Shown here in pieces: positions 47,823-59,000 of a stretch of 64,000 bases of DNA; the stretch's first letter is position 1, and every line of letters starts with the position of its first letter. A program made the translations under genes and the position numbers. The notes under the pieces are model-generated. The model was not told the DNA's origin. It saw only the letters and a program-made list of their open reading frames with translations, and searched no databases. This stretch comes from an uncultured Lachnobacterium sp. (GTDB taxonomy: Bacteria; Bacillota; Clostridia; Lachnospirales; Lachnospiraceae): the NCBI GenBank assembly GCA_937935345.1, contig CALGXR010000024.1, positions 16,111 through 80,110 on the forward strand, in the 5' to 3' direction.

Positions 47823-48548
47823 ATGATGGGAAGAAATATAAAAATGGCAGCTGTGGCATTTACAGCAATTATAACGCTGACAGGCTGCGGAACAAAATTA
47901 TATGATATGACTGATGCTGAACAAAGCCTTATTGCGAATTATTCGGCATATGTTGTTGCAAAACACAATATATACCAGCAGGATGGCATGACTAACGCTA
48001 CGGAGAACCTTAAGGCGGAGGATACTGAGAAAGTGGACGAGGTGTCGCCTGATAATTCACATTCGCAGGATAATAAGACATCTGAGGCAGGAAATGACAA
48101 GAGCAGCAATTCGCAGAAAGAGCCCGCTGCCTCGCAGGAAAAGAAGGTGTCGCTTGCTGAGGCGACAGGCTACGGCAGCCTTGATATCACATATAATGGA
48201 GCTACTGAGTCGGATGTGTATAACGAGGGCTCATACTACTCTATGACGGCAGGAAGCGGTAATACTTTTGCGGTTATGAAATTTACTCTTAAAAATCCGA
48301 CGGGTGAGGATATAAATGTTGATATGTTTGGCAATGCGAGGACATATAAGGCCACTTTCCCGGATGGAAAGGAATACACGGCTGAGGGCACATTCCTTAC
48401 GTATTCCCTTAATACCTTTCAGGGAACAGTAAAGGCAGGCGGTTCGGTTGATGTGGTGTTACTCTTCAAGATACCGCAGGGCACAGCATGTGACAACATC
48501 ACGATGTCGGTTATAAAAGATAACGAAAAAAGTTTGATTGAATTATAA
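47823..48548 (+). CDS. Lipoprotein (DUF4352-like Ig-fold) adjacent to the TCS
   Basis: Signal peptide with lipobox LTGC. An S/E/K-rich linker, then a beta-rich domain. Confidence 0.6.
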   Translation: MMGRNIKMAAVAFTAIITLTGCGTKLYDMTDAEQSLIANYSAYVVAKHNIYQQDGMTNATENLKAEDTEKVDEVSPDNSHSQDNKTSEAGNDKSSNSQKEPAASQEKKVSLAEATGYGSLDITYNGATESDVYNEGSYYSMTAGSGNTFAVMKFTLKNPTGEDINVDMFGNARTYKATFPDGKEYTAEGTFLTYSLNTFQGTVKAGGSVDVVLLFKIPQGTACDNITMSVIKDNEKSLIEL

Positions 48549-48591
48549 AATATATGATATACTTAGATTACTAAGAGGCGGAGGTTGTATT

Positions 48592-49491
48592 ATGGATACA
48601 AACATATTATTGGAGTCAGGAACAAACGAGCTTGAGGTGCTTGAATTTACGTTGGGAGACAATCATTACGGCATCAATGTTGCAAAGATCAGAGAAATTC
48701 TGCAATATATGCCGGTCACTCCTGTTCCGAATACTCATCCGAGTGTTGAGGGAATTTTTATGCCACGTGACACAATGATTACGGTTATCAATTTAAAGAA
48801 TTGTCTTAACCTGCCACAGACGGATGAAAAGGGATTGTTTATCATTACAAATTTCAACAAGCTCAATGTGGCATTTCATGTAGACCAGGTCATCGGCATA
48901 CATCGCGTATCGTGGGAGAATATCATAAAGCCTGACGAGACACTGACGGGTGAACATGGCGGCACAGCTACGGGTGTTATCAAAATGAATGACAGGCTGA
49001 TAGTTATCCTTGATTTTGAGGCTATAGTAGCTTCTATCAGTCCACAGACAGGGCTTCGTGTCAACGACCTTGATGAGATGGAGGCAAGAGACAGAAGTGA
49101 TGCTACAATTCTTATTGCAGAGGATTCGGCTTTATTGTCAAAGCTCATCACTGAGTGTCTTAAGAAGTCCGGATATACCAATCTCATCGTGGAAGAGAAT
49201 GGTCAGGAGGCCTGGGATGAGATAAAGGCTATGCAGGAAAAGGGCGATATTACAAAGCATCTTGACTGCATTATAACTGATATAGAGATGCCGCTCATGG
49301 ATGGACACAGACTCACAAAGCTTGTAAAGTCGGATGCAGAGCTTAGAGATATACCGGTTATCATATTCTCTTCACTGGTAAACGAAGAGATGAGGAAAAA
49401 GGGCGAACAGCTCGGAGCAGACGCACAGCTTACAAAGCCTGAAATCGGAAAGCTTGTAGATGCGATTGACAAGTTGCTTAATAAAGCATAA
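48592..49491 (+). CDS. cheV: Chemotaxis protein CheV (CheW-like domain plus REC domain)
   Basis: N-terminal CheW-like (…LEVLEFTLGDNHYGINVAKIREIL…) and C-terminal REC (…ILIAEDSALLSKL…DIEMP…K). GAGGCGGAGG RBS before the ATG at 48592. Confidence 0.75.
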   Translation: MDTNILLESGTNELEVLEFTLGDNHYGINVAKIREILQYMPVTPVPNTHPSVEGIFMPRDTMITVINLKNCLNLPQTDEKGLFIITNFNKLNVAFHVDQVIGIHRVSWENIIKPDETLTGEHGGTATGVIKMNDRLIVILDFEAIVASISPQTGLRVNDLDEMEARDRSDATILIAEDSALLSKLITECLKKSGYTNLIVEENGQEAWDEIKAMQEKGDITKHLDCIITDIEMPLMDGHRLTKLVKSDAELRDIPVIIFSSLVNEEMRKKGEQLGADAQLTKPEIGKLVDAIDKLLNKA

Positions 49492-49562
49492 TATATTTAG
49501 ATACAAGGGGGGTGTGGCTTGTTTAGCTGCACCCTTTAATGGATTATAGATGGAGAATACTA

Positions 49563-51086
49563 ATGAGCGATAAATCGACAGAAAACTATCTGGACAATTT
49601 GCTGGATTCAATGAACAAGCTGCAGGATACAGATACGAAGATGTCTGAGGCTGATCAGGATGAGTTCCTTAAAAAGTTTGAGGATGAGCTTGAAAACGAG
49701 ACATATGATGAGTATCTGTCAAGCTTTGAAAAGGAGCTTGATAGAGAAAATGAGCAGGCCAAGGGGCAGGCTCTTAATGTACAGACTCCGGCTCCTGATG
49801 ACAAGGATGCTTCACTTGATGATATGCTCACTGAGTTTGACCGAAGGATGAAGGAAGAGGAGACTCAGGGAGATGATCAGGAAAACAAAGCAGACGATAA
49901 TCTAAGCGATGCGGTACTTAATTTTACACCGGCAGATTCCAAGATAGAGACGATGGATACAAATATGCCGGAAATGGCTGAGGATTCAAAGCAGGAGGCT
50001 TTGGAGAGTATAATAACAAATGAACCTCAGATGGTTGAAGAAATAGGTGAGCCTGATCTGGCAGGAAATGCATCAAAGGATATACTTGATATACTCGATA
50101 GTGATGGTTTGGATAATATCGGTGATCTGCTTGAAGGAAAAACCGATGAGACAGGGAATGATATAGATGATTATGCAAGCCGTCAGATGAAGGTACATGA
50201 GCCGACTGATGGAGAGCTTGATGCGCAAGGTACCGCAAAAAAGAGCCTTTTTAAAAAAATAATATCATTTTTTACAAAAGAGCCACAGTCAGATGACGTT
50301 ACAGATACACAGGGCACGGCGGATGGTATAGAAACTGACGCACAGATGCTCTCGGATGAGAATAAACAGATACTTGAAGCGCTGGATGCTAACGGAGAGC
50401 CAAACAAAGCATCGGATAAGTCTAAGAAGGGCAAAAAGCCTAAAAAAGAAAAGAAGCCTAAAAAAGAAAAAAAGCCAAAGGCTCCAAAGGAAAAGAAGGA
50501 GCGCATTGGATGGGAGAAGGGACCTAAGCTTCCTAAGGGGCCTGTTATAGTAATCTGGGTATTTGTTATGTCGATAGTTGTGTTTGTTCTCATATGTACC
50601 TTTTTGCTCGGAAACAACTCCAAGGTGACTGATGCTCAGAATACGTACAATCAGGCAATAGCTGATCTGGGACAGAATAAAGCTGATTCAATAGAGCTGT
50701 ATACAAAGGCATACAGCAGGCTGAGCGGCTTGAAGCTTTCGGGTGACGACGAGAAGCTGTACAATAAGCTGTCGGTGCTTGCTGCAGTGTCAGGCAAGTA
50801 TGATGCCTATAAGAGCTTTAGCGATTCCGGTTATGTAACCATGGCGGCGGATTCCTTGGTATGTGCGGCAGGTCGATGTGCTGTAAATGCAGACAATGCA
50901 AAGGAATACGGATGTGAGCTGCAGCTTGAGCAGCTTAAAAACATTATTTCTGATACCTTGAGCAGTCAGTATGGCTTATCATACGATGATGCCATTGCTC
51001 TGTATAATATAGATGATAGAGATGACTATACACTGGCACTGACACAGAAACTAAATGAATTAGGCATTAAAGAGGAGACTGAATAA
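49563..51086 (+). CDS. Hypothetical bitopic protein: long acidic N-terminal region, lysine-rich PKKEKK repeat, one TM helix, extracytoplasmic C-terminal domain
   Basis: D/E-rich N-terminal half. KKGKKPKKEKKPKKEKKPKAPKEKK stretch (DNA 50430-50500 is correspondingly repetitive). A single hydrophobic helix VIVIWVFVMSIVVFVLICTFLL. The C-terminal domain has a CAAGRC pair. Confidence 0.45.
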   Translation: MSDKSTENYLDNLLDSMNKLQDTDTKMSEADQDEFLKKFEDELENETYDEYLSSFEKELDRENEQAKGQALNVQTPAPDDKDASLDDMLTEFDRRMKEEETQGDDQENKADDNLSDAVLNFTPADSKIETMDTNMPEMAEDSKQEALESIITNEPQMVEEIGEPDLAGNASKDILDILDSDGLDNIGDLLEGKTDETGNDIDDYASRQMKVHEPTDGELDAQGTAKKSLFKKIISFFTKEPQSDDVTDTQGTADGIETDAQMLSDENKQILEALDANGEPNKASDKSKKGKKPKKEKKPKKEKKPKAPKEKKERIGWEKGPKLPKGPVIVIWVFVMSIVVFVLICTFLLGNNSKVTDAQNTYNQAIADLGQNKADSIELYTKAYSRLSGLKLSGDDEKLYNKLSVLAAVSGKYDAYKSFSDSGYVTMAADSLVCAAGRCAVNADNAKEYGCELQLEQLKNIISDTLSSQYGLSYDDAIALYNIDDRDDYTLALTQKLNELGIKEETE

Positions 51087-51087
51087 T

Positions 51088-51702
51088 ATGATAGCAATCA
51101 TCGATTATGGAGCAGGCAACTTGCGAAGCGTACAAAAGGCTCTTACAGCGATAGGCGAGGCGAGTATTGTGACCAGAGACAGGCATGAGATTTTAAATGC
51201 CGACAAGGTAATACTTCCGGGAGTCGGAGCTTTTGGAGATGCAATGGATTCGCTTAAAAAATATGAGCTGGACAAGGTGATTCACGAGGTCTGCGACATG
51301 GATAAGCCGTTTCTTGGCATATGCTTAGGTCTTCAGCTGTTATTTGAGGGAAGCGATGAGAGTCAGGGTGTTGAGGGACTTCATGTGCTTGACGGACAGA
51401 TACTTCGCATTCCGGATAAGGAAGGGCTTAAAATACCTCACATAGGCTGGAATTCACTTGATTTACAGAACAACGGCAGGCTGTTTAAGGGTCTTTCGCA
51501 GCATCCATATGTATATTTCGTGCATTCGTACTATCTGAAAGCGGCTGATGAGGCAATTGTCAAAGCAACGACAGAGTACAGCACACATATTCATGCGTCC
51601 GTTGAGAAAAATAATGTGTTCGCCTGCCAGTTCCATCCGGAGAAGAGCAGCACAGTCGGACTTTCAATACTTAAAAATTTTGCAGGGATAGGGGAGGCAT
51701 AA
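51088..51702 (+). CDS. hisH: Imidazole glycerol phosphate synthase, glutamine amidotransferase subunit
   Basis: [15 protein letters not shown]…GICLGLQLL (catalytic Cys) …FHPEKS. 204 aa. Confidence 0.85.
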   Translation: MIAIIDYGAGNLRSVQKALTAIGEASIVTRDRHEILNADKVILPGVGAFGDAMDSLKKYELDKVIHEVCDMDKPFLGICLGLQLLFEGSDESQGVEGLHVLDGQILRIPDKEGLKIPHIGWNSLDLQNNGRLFKGLSQHPYVYFVHSYYLKAADEAIVKATTEYSTHIHASVEKNNVFACQFHPEKSSTVGLSILKNFAGIGEA

Positions 51703-51703
51703 T

Positions 51704-52465
51704 ATGTTTACGAAGAGAATAATCCCATGTCTGGATGTAAATAACGGACGTGTTGTGAAGGGCATAAACTTTGTTAATTTAAGAGATGCAGGTGACCCTG
51801 TTGAAATTGCGGCTGCGTATGATAAGGCAGGCGCAGATGAGGTGGTTTTTCTGGATATCACAGCGTCAAGTGACAACAGAAATACTGTTGTGGATATGGT
51901 CAGAAAGGTTGCTGAAAAGGTGTTTATACCGTTCACGGTGGGCGGCGGCATCAGAACAGTCGATGATTTTAAGGCACTGCTTAGAGAGGGGGCAGACAAG
52001 ATTTCAATAAATTCAAGTGCTATAAATACACCGCGGCTTATCAGCGATGCTGCGGATAAGTTTGGAAGTCAGTGTGTGGTTGTGGCAATCGATGCAAGAC
52101 GCCGTGCTGACGGAAGCGGCTGGAATGTATACAAGAACGGAGGCCGCATAGATACAGGTCTTGATGCCATTGAGTGGGCAATTAAGGCAAATGAGCTTGG
52201 AGCGGGGGAGATACTTCTTACAAGCATGGACTGTGACGGCACAAAGGATGGCTACGATATCGAGCTCACAAGGCTTATTGCCGATAATGTTTCGGTTCCG
52301 GTTATCGCATCGGGCGGAGCAGGTACAAAGGAGCATTTTTATGAGGCCCTGACAGAGGGAAAGGCAGATGCCGCGCTTGCAGCTTCACTTTTCCACTACA
52401 AGGAGCTTGAAATTATGGATTTAAAGAATTATCTGGCAGATAAAGGTGTGTCGGTCAGAAGATAG
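51704..52465 (+). CDS. hisF: Imidazole glycerol phosphate synthase, cyclase subunit
   Basis: [20 protein letters not shown]…, GGGIR…, SGGAG motifs. 253 aa. The start is 2 nt after the hisH stop. Confidence 0.9.
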   Translation: MFTKRIIPCLDVNNGRVVKGINFVNLRDAGDPVEIAAAYDKAGADEVVFLDITASSDNRNTVVDMVRKVAEKVFIPFTVGGGIRTVDDFKALLREGADKISINSSAINTPRLISDAADKFGSQCVVVAIDARRRADGSGWNVYKNGGRIDTGLDAIEWAIKANELGAGEILLTSMDCDGTKDGYDIELTRLIADNVSVPVIASGGAGTKEHFYEALTEGKADAALAASLFHYKELEIMDLKNYLADKGVSVRR

Positions 52466-52482
52466 GCGGGTAGATAAAGATT

Positions 52483-53160
52483 ATGAGTATGCTTGACGGT
52501 GAGTGGGCAAAGGCTGTGGGAGCCGAGTTTAAAAAACCGTATTACAGGGATTTGTACAATTTCGTGAGAGACGAATATGCCACACATGTGGTATATCCTC
52601 CGGCAGATGACATATTTAATGCCATGCATTTTACACCACTTGACAAGGTAAAGGTGCTCATCCTCGGGCAGGATCCGTACCACAATGTCAATCAGGCGCA
52701 TGGACTGTCGTTTTCGGTGCTTCCGTCTCAGAAGGATATTCCGCCATCACTGCAGAATATCTACAAGGAGCTTAACGACGATCTGGGCTGCGATATCCCG
52801 AATAATGGATACCTGAAGAAATGGGCTGACCAGGGAGTTTTGCTTTTGAATACAGTGCTCACCGTTAGGGCTCATCAGGCCAACTCACATCAGGGGCGCG
52901 GCTGGGAGAAGTTTACGGATGCAATCATAGAGGCTGTAAATGAGCAGGACAGACCTATAGTGTATATGCTCTGGGGACGTCCGGCGCAGTCAAAGATTCC
53001 TATGCTTACAAATCCAAAGCATCTGATATTGACAGCACCGCATCCGAGCCCGCTGTCGGCTTACAGAGGTTTTTTTGGCTGTAAGCATTTTAGTAAAGCC
53101 AATGAGTTTCTTAAGGAGCATGGAGTGGAGCCTGTTGACTGGCAGATAGAGGATATATAA
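52483..53160 (+). CDS. ung: Uracil-DNA glycosylase (family 1)
   Basis: …VKVLILGQDPYH…HGLSFSV…HPSPLSA motifs. 225 aa. Confidence 0.85.
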   Translation: MSMLDGEWAKAVGAEFKKPYYRDLYNFVRDEYATHVVYPPADDIFNAMHFTPLDKVKVLILGQDPYHNVNQAHGLSFSVLPSQKDIPPSLQNIYKELNDDLGCDIPNNGYLKKWADQGVLLLNTVLTVRAHQANSHQGRGWEKFTDAIIEAVNEQDRPIVYMLWGRPAQSKIPMLTNPKHLILTAPHPSPLSAYRGFFGCKHFSKANEFLKEHGVEPVDWQIEDI

Positions 53161-53187
53161 AGGACGACAATACCGGCAGATATTATC

Positions 53188-53216
53188 TTGACATAAATTG
53201 GAAAAGCGTCTATATT
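53188..53216 (+). promoter_or_regulatory. Putative sigma-A promoter (TTGACA-17-TATATT) for the downstream hypothetical gene
   Basis: TTGACA 53188-53193, 17-nt spacer, TATATT 53211-53216. Confidence 0.5.
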
Positions 53217-53266
53217 AAAAATATATAGAAGGTAACGGATTACATATTTATCAAAGGAGTGATACT

Positions 53267-53986
53267 ATGAGAGGAATAGGAATGTGGGATTCATCATCCA
53301 TATCCACACTGTTTTCCGGCGTAGGCAGCAGTAGAAGCAGCAATGCAGCGTCTTCTTTTATAGCCAATATGGATATGACTACATATAGTGGTATTAGAAG
53401 TGGCAGCTATTTCAAGCTTCTTAAGTCGTATTATGGAAATAACCTTAATTCGAAGGCCCAGTCGCTTGTGTCATCATCTGTTTCTACATCTAAGGATTCA
53501 GCGAAGACACTTGCGTCCATCGAGTCTGAGGCAGAGGATATGGTAAAGTCAGCGCAGGCTCTTTACAAAAACAGCGGCAAGGACGATACAGATGCTACGT
53601 ACAAGAAGGTGTCGGCTTTTGTGTCTGATTACAACAGTCTCATAAAGGCTGCGGACGATTCCGAGACAAAGCAGATTTCGAGAAATCTTGAGTCACTGAA
53701 ATCACTTACAGATGTCAATGCAAAGTCGCTTGCGAAGGTTGGAATCACAGTGGATTCCAAGTCCGGAAAGCTGTCTGTGGACGAGGATACCTTTAAAAAG
53801 GCTGATTCGACCAAGGTTGATGCGCTTTTTAAGGGAAACGGCTCTTATGCTTACGCAGTGGCAAGCAAGGCTTCAATGCTTGAGTATGCCGCAAAGAATG
53901 AGTCAGAAAAGACTAACACGTATGGCGCCGATGGAAGGTATACACAGGCCTACAACAGTGGATATAATTATAATATGTTTTTATAG
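53267..53986 (+). CDS. Hypothetical S/T/K-rich protein with a FliD (filament cap) C-terminal-like motif
   Basis: …KVGITVDSKSGKLSVDEDTFKKA…VDALFKGNG… resembles the conserved C-terminal segment of flagellar cap protein FliD, but at 239 aa the protein is far shorter than FliD. No signal peptide. Confidence 0.35.
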   Translation: MRGIGMWDSSSISTLFSGVGSSRSSNAASSFIANMDMTTYSGIRSGSYFKLLKSYYGNNLNSKAQSLVSSSVSTSKDSAKTLASIESEAEDMVKSAQALYKNSGKDDTDATYKKVSAFVSDYNSLIKAADDSETKQISRNLESLKSLTDVNAKSLAKVGITVDSKSGKLSVDEDTFKKADSTKVDALFKGNGSYAYAVASKASMLEYAAKNESEKTNTYGADGRYTQAYNSGYNYNMFL

Positions 53987-54029
53987 TCAAAGAAAGGCTG
54001 GGAATCCCCAATCTCGCTTTCGGCTTAAT

Positions 54030-54068
54030 AAAAAGAAGCATCCCGGTTTTGGGATGCTTCTTTTTAAT
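54030..54068. terminator. Bidirectional rho-independent terminator between convergent genes
   Basis: AAGAAGCATCCC-GGTTTT-GGGATGCTTCTT 12-bp perfect stem flanked by AAAA upstream and TTTTT downstream. Confidence 0.55.
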
Positions 54069-54078
54069 TAATTAGCGT

Positions 54079-55734
54079 TTAGTTGTCGTTTTCATCGTCC
54101 TCGCTCATTGAGTAGACCTGACGCTTACGTGCCATTTCATCACTCTCAAGATATTCGTCGTAGGTTGTGATCTTGTCGATCATTGAACCGTTTGGCAGGA
54201 ATTCTATGATTCGGTTGGCGGTTGTCTGGACTACCTGGTGGTCACGGCAGGCAAAGAGAATTACTCCCGGGAACTTTATCATTCCGTTGTTTAATGCTGT
54301 GATTGACTCCATGTCGAGGTGGTCTGTAGGCTCATCGAACATGAGCACGTTGCTTCCCATGATCATCATGCGGGAGAGCAGTACACGAACTTTTTCACCT
54401 CCGGAGAGTACTCGCATTTTCTTTACTCCATCCTCACCGGCAAAGAGCATACGGCCTAAGAAACCACGTACATATGTGGCATCCTTGATTTCTGAGTACT
54501 GTGTGAGCCAGTCAACGATGAGCTCATCAGTATCAAAGATTGTGGTATTGTCCTTTGGAAAGTATGACTGGCTTGTTGTGACACCCCATTTATATGAGCC
54601 CTCGTCCGGCTCAAGCTCTCCGGCAAGGATTTTGAACAGAGTTGTTTTTGCAAGCTCGTTTCCACCGACAAATGCAATCTTGTCATCATGGTTAACTGTG
54701 AATGAGATATTGTCAAGTACCTTTACACCATCGATGGTTTTTGAGATGCCCTCGACAAAGAGCACATCGTTTCCGATTTCACGCTCAGGACGGAAATCGA
54801 TGTATGGGTATTTACGGCTTGAAGGACGTATCTCATCAAGCTGGATTTTTTCAAGGGCACGCTTTCTGGATGTAGCCTGCTTTGATTTAGAGGCATTGGC
54901 AGAGAAACGCTGGATAAATTCCTGCAGCTCCTTGATTTTTTCCTCTTTCTTTTTGTTTGCTTCCTTCATCTGACGCACGATGAGCTGGCTTGATTCATAC
55001 CAGAAATCGTAGTTTCCGGCGTAGAGCTGGATCTTACCGTAATCCATGTCGGCGATGTTGGTGCAGACCTTGTTGAGGAAGTATCTGTCATGGGATACAA
55101 CGATGACTGTATTCTCAAAATTGATGAGGAATTCCTCAAGCCATGAGATAGCATCGAGGTCTAAGTGGTTGGTAGGCTCATCGAGAAGCAGTATGTCAGG
55201 ATTTCCAAACAGTGCCTGTGCGAGAAGCACCTTGACCTTTACTGCACCCGGCAGGTCTGCCATCAGAGTGTAGTGATCCTCTGTAGGCACACCGAGACCG
55301 TTTAAGAGAGTAGCAGCATCAGACTCAGCGTTCCAGCCGTCCATATCTGCAAACTCAGCCTCAAGCTCACTTGCACGGATTCCGTCCTCGTCTGAGAAAT
55401 CCTCCTTCATATAGATGGCTTCCTTCTCCTTCATGATATCATAGAGGCGCTTATTGCCCATGATAACCGTATCAAGTACTGTGAACTCATCGTACTTGAA
55501 GTGATCCTGCTGTAAGAATGACAGTCTCTGTCCCGGAGTGATTGCGATATCACCGCTTGTAGGCTCAAGCTGTCCTGAGAGAATCTTTAAAAATGTAGAC
55601 TTGCCGGCACCGTTTGCACCTATAAGTCCATAGCAGTTTCCCTCGGTGAATTTTATGTTGACATCCTCAAATAAAGCTTTTTTACCAATTCTTAATGTAA
55701 TATTGTTTGCACTAATCATTTTGTCTTTATTCAA
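54079..55734 (-). CDS. ABC-F family ATPase (two ABC domains, no TMD; EttA/YkpA-like translation factor type)
   Basis: Two Walker A (GANGAGKST; GGNELAKTT, degenerate second), two signature LSGG motifs, an arm insertion in ABC1, and a roughly 50-aa K/E-rich inter-domain linker. 551 aa. Confidence 0.8.
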   Translation of the reverse strand: MNKDKMISANNITLRIGKKALFEDVNIKFTEGNCYGLIGANGAGKSTFLKILSGQLEPTSGDIAITPGQRLSFLQQDHFKYDEFTVLDTVIMGNKRLYDIMKEKEAIYMKEDFSDEDGIRASELEAEFADMDGWNAESDAATLLNGLGVPTEDHYTLMADLPGAVKVKVLLAQALFGNPDILLLDEPTNHLDLDAISWLEEFLINFENTVIVVSHDRYFLNKVCTNIADMDYGKIQLYAGNYDFWYESSQLIVRQMKEANKKKEEKIKELQEFIQRFSANASKSKQATSRKRALEKIQLDEIRPSSRKYPYIDFRPEREIGNDVLFVEGISKTIDGVKVLDNISFTVNHDDKIAFVGGNELAKTTLFKILAGELEPDEGSYKWGVTTSQSYFPKDNTTIFDTDELIVDWLTQYSEIKDATYVRGFLGRMLFAGEDGVKKMRVLSGGEKVRVLLSRMMIMGSNVLMFDEPTDHLDMESITALNNGMIKFPGVILFACRDHQVVQTTANRIIEFLPNGSMIDKITTYDEYLESDEMARKRQVYSMSEDDENDN

Positions 55735-56004
55735 TCCTTTCTTATTTTAATAACCTGTTCGTTTCTGTAACACATCGTTTCTATTTTAACGTAAAACCAG
55801 TATTTTGCAAGTGTTTTACAGGCAATTTATAGCCATTGTGCCCTTTTGTACATAAATTTTACCTTGTTAATAAATATTTTAGGGTTTTTGTACAATGTAT
55901 TGCTAAAAAAACTTGATTTTTTACATCACACAAACTAAACTATTATGTAGAGACATTCTGATTCATGTCTATAATTGAACATTTATTTTACAGGAGGAAA
56001 TATC

Positions 56005-59000
56005 ATGTCTAGAGCAAAACAGTCGATGGATGGAAATACCGCTGCCGCTCATGTAGCATATGCCTACACAGAGGTTGCAGGAATCTATCCTATCACACCT
56101 TCTAGCCCAATGGCTGATACAGTTGATCAGTGGTCAGCAGCAGGACAGAAGAACATTTTCGGAAGCACTGTAAAGGTAGTTGAGATGGAGTCTGAGGCAG
56201 GTGCCGCTGGTACAGTTCACGGATCTCTTGCAGCTGGTGCACTTACTACAACATTTACAGCTTCACAGGGACTTTTACTTATGATCCCTAATATGTACAA
56301 AATCGCAGGTGAGAATCTTCCTTGCGTATTTGACGTATCAGCTCGTACAGTATCTTCACATGCACTGAATATCTTCGGTGATCACAGTGATGTATATGCT
56401 TGTCGTCAGACTGGTTTCGCAATGCTTTGTGAGACAAATCCACAGGAGGTTATGGATCTTTCACCGGTTGCACACTGTGCAGCACTTGAGGGAAAGGTTC
56501 CATTCATCAACTTCTTCGATGGATTCCGTACTTCTCATGAGATCCAGAAGATCGAGAAGTGGGATTATGAAGATCTCAAAGAGATGTGTCCAATGGATGC
56601 AGTTGCTGAATTCAGAGCACACGCTCTTAACCCAGAGCATCCAGCAGCTCGTGGATCACACGAGAACGGAGATATCTTCTTCCAGCATAGAGAGGCATGT
56701 AACAAGTTCTATGATGAGCTTCCAGCAGTTGTTGAGAAGTACATGGACAAGGTTAATGCTAAGCTTGGTACAGATTACAAATTATTCAACTACTACGGAG
56801 CACCGGACGCTGATCGTGTAATCATCGCTATGGGTTCTATCAACGATGTAGCTGAGGAAGTAATCGACTACTTAACAGCAAAGGGAGAGAAAGTCGGACT
56901 TATCAAAGTACGTCTTTACCGTCCATGGTCTTCAGAGGCTCTTCTTAATGCTATTCCAAAGACAGCAAAGAAGATCGCTGTATTAGACCGTACAAAAGAG
57001 CCAGGATCACTTGGTGAGCCATTATACTTAGACGTTGCTACAACACTTCGTGAAGCAGGTATGAACGATGTTGTATTAGTAGGCGGACGTTACGGATTAG
57101 GATCTAAGGATACACCACCTTCATCAGTATTCGCTGTATATACAGAGCTTGAGAAGGATGCTCCTAAGCACAGATTTACACTTGGAATCGTGGATGATGT
57201 TACAAATCTTTCACTTCCAGAGGTTAAGCCAGCTCCTATCACATCTGCACCTGGTACAAAAGAGTGCAAGTTCTGGGGTCTCGGCGGAGATGGTACTGTA
57301 GGTGCTAACAAGAACTCTACAAAGATCATCGGTGACCACACAGATAAATACATCCAGGCATACTTCCAGTATGACTCAAAGAAGACCGGTGGTGTTACAA
57401 TTTCTCACTTGAGATTTGGTGACAACCCAATCAGAAGCCCATACTACATCAACCAGGCAGACTTCGTAGCATGCCACAACCCTGCATACGTTATCCAGGG
57501 CATGAAGATGGTTCAGGATGTTAAGCCGGGCGGAGTATTCATGATCAACTGCCAGTGGTCAGATGAAGAGCTTGCTCATCACCTCAATGCTGACGCTAAG
57601 AAATATATCGCTGACAACAACATTCAGCTTTACACAATCAACGCTATCGACAAGGCTATCGAGATCGGAATGGGCAAGAGAACTAACACAATTCTCCAGT
57701 CTGCATTCTTCAAACTCGCTGATGTAATGCCAATCGACAAGGCTATTGAGTTCATGAAGGCTGCTGCTAAGAAGTCATACTCAAAGAAGGGTGACGCAGT
57801 AGTAGAGATGAACTACAAGGCTATTGATGCCGGTGTTGACGCTGTACATAAGGTAGAGGTACCAGAGTCTTGGAAGAATCCTGAGGCAGATGCTCCTAAG
57901 GCAGAGCGCACAGGACGTCCAGAGGTTGTTAAGCTTGTTAACGAGCTCCTTGATCCAATCGCTAAGATGGATGGAGACAGCCTTCCGGTTTCAGCATTCG
58001 CTGACAAGGCAGACGGACAGTATGTAACAGGTGCTTCTGCATACGAGAAGAGAGGAACAGCCGTTACAGTTCCACAGTGGGATCCAGAGAAGTGTATCCA
58101 GTGTAACAACTGTGCATTTGTATGTTCTCACGCTACAATTCGTCCATTCTTACTTACAGATGACGAAGTAAAAGCAGCTCCTGACAATATGAAGGTTGCT
58201 GATATGAAGCCAAAGGCAGGCGCTTACAAGTATACAATGAGCGTATCTCCACTTGACTGTATGGGATGTGGTGAGTGTATCACAGTTTGTCCTACAGCAG
58301 CTATCTCAATGCAGCCACAGGAGTCTCAGGCAGCAGAGCAGCCAGTATTTGATTACTTAGTAGCTAACGTTTCTAAGAAGACAGATGCCGGAATGGTTGA
58401 TACAACACCTAAGGGATCACAGTTCAACCAGCCACTCCTTGAGTTCTCAGGCTCATGTGCAGGATGTGCTGAGACATCTTACGCTAGACTTATTACACAG
58501 CTCTTCGGTGAGCAGATGTACATCTCTAACGCAACAGGATGTTCTTCTATCTGGGGTAACCCGGCAGCTACATCACCATACACAGTAAATATCAACTCTA
58601 AGAAGGGACCGGCTTGGTCTAACTCACTCTTCGAGGATAATGCTGAGCATGGTTTAGGTATGGAAGTTGGACAGAGATATCTCCGTGACCAGGCTATCGA
58701 GCTTGTTAAAGAGATCGCTGCATCAGACAAGGCTACAGCTGAGTTCAAGGCAGCAGCAGACAAGTTCCTTGAGACAAAGGACGACACAAAGGCAAACGTT
58801 GAGCCAACAACAGCTCTTATCGCAGAGTTAGAGAAGGCAGCAGCAGCCGGATGTGAGAAATCTAAAGAAGTACTTGCTAAGAAGGATTACCTCGGAAAGA
58901 AATCTGTATGGATCTTCGGTGGTGACGGATGGGCATATGATATCGGTTTCGGTGGATTAGACCATGTACTTGCTTCTGGTGAGAACGTAAACGTAATGGT

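Noticed and set aside
54167-54973. 268-aa + strand ORF inside the ABC-F gene
   Set aside because: Antisense to the ABC-F gene. No motif support.
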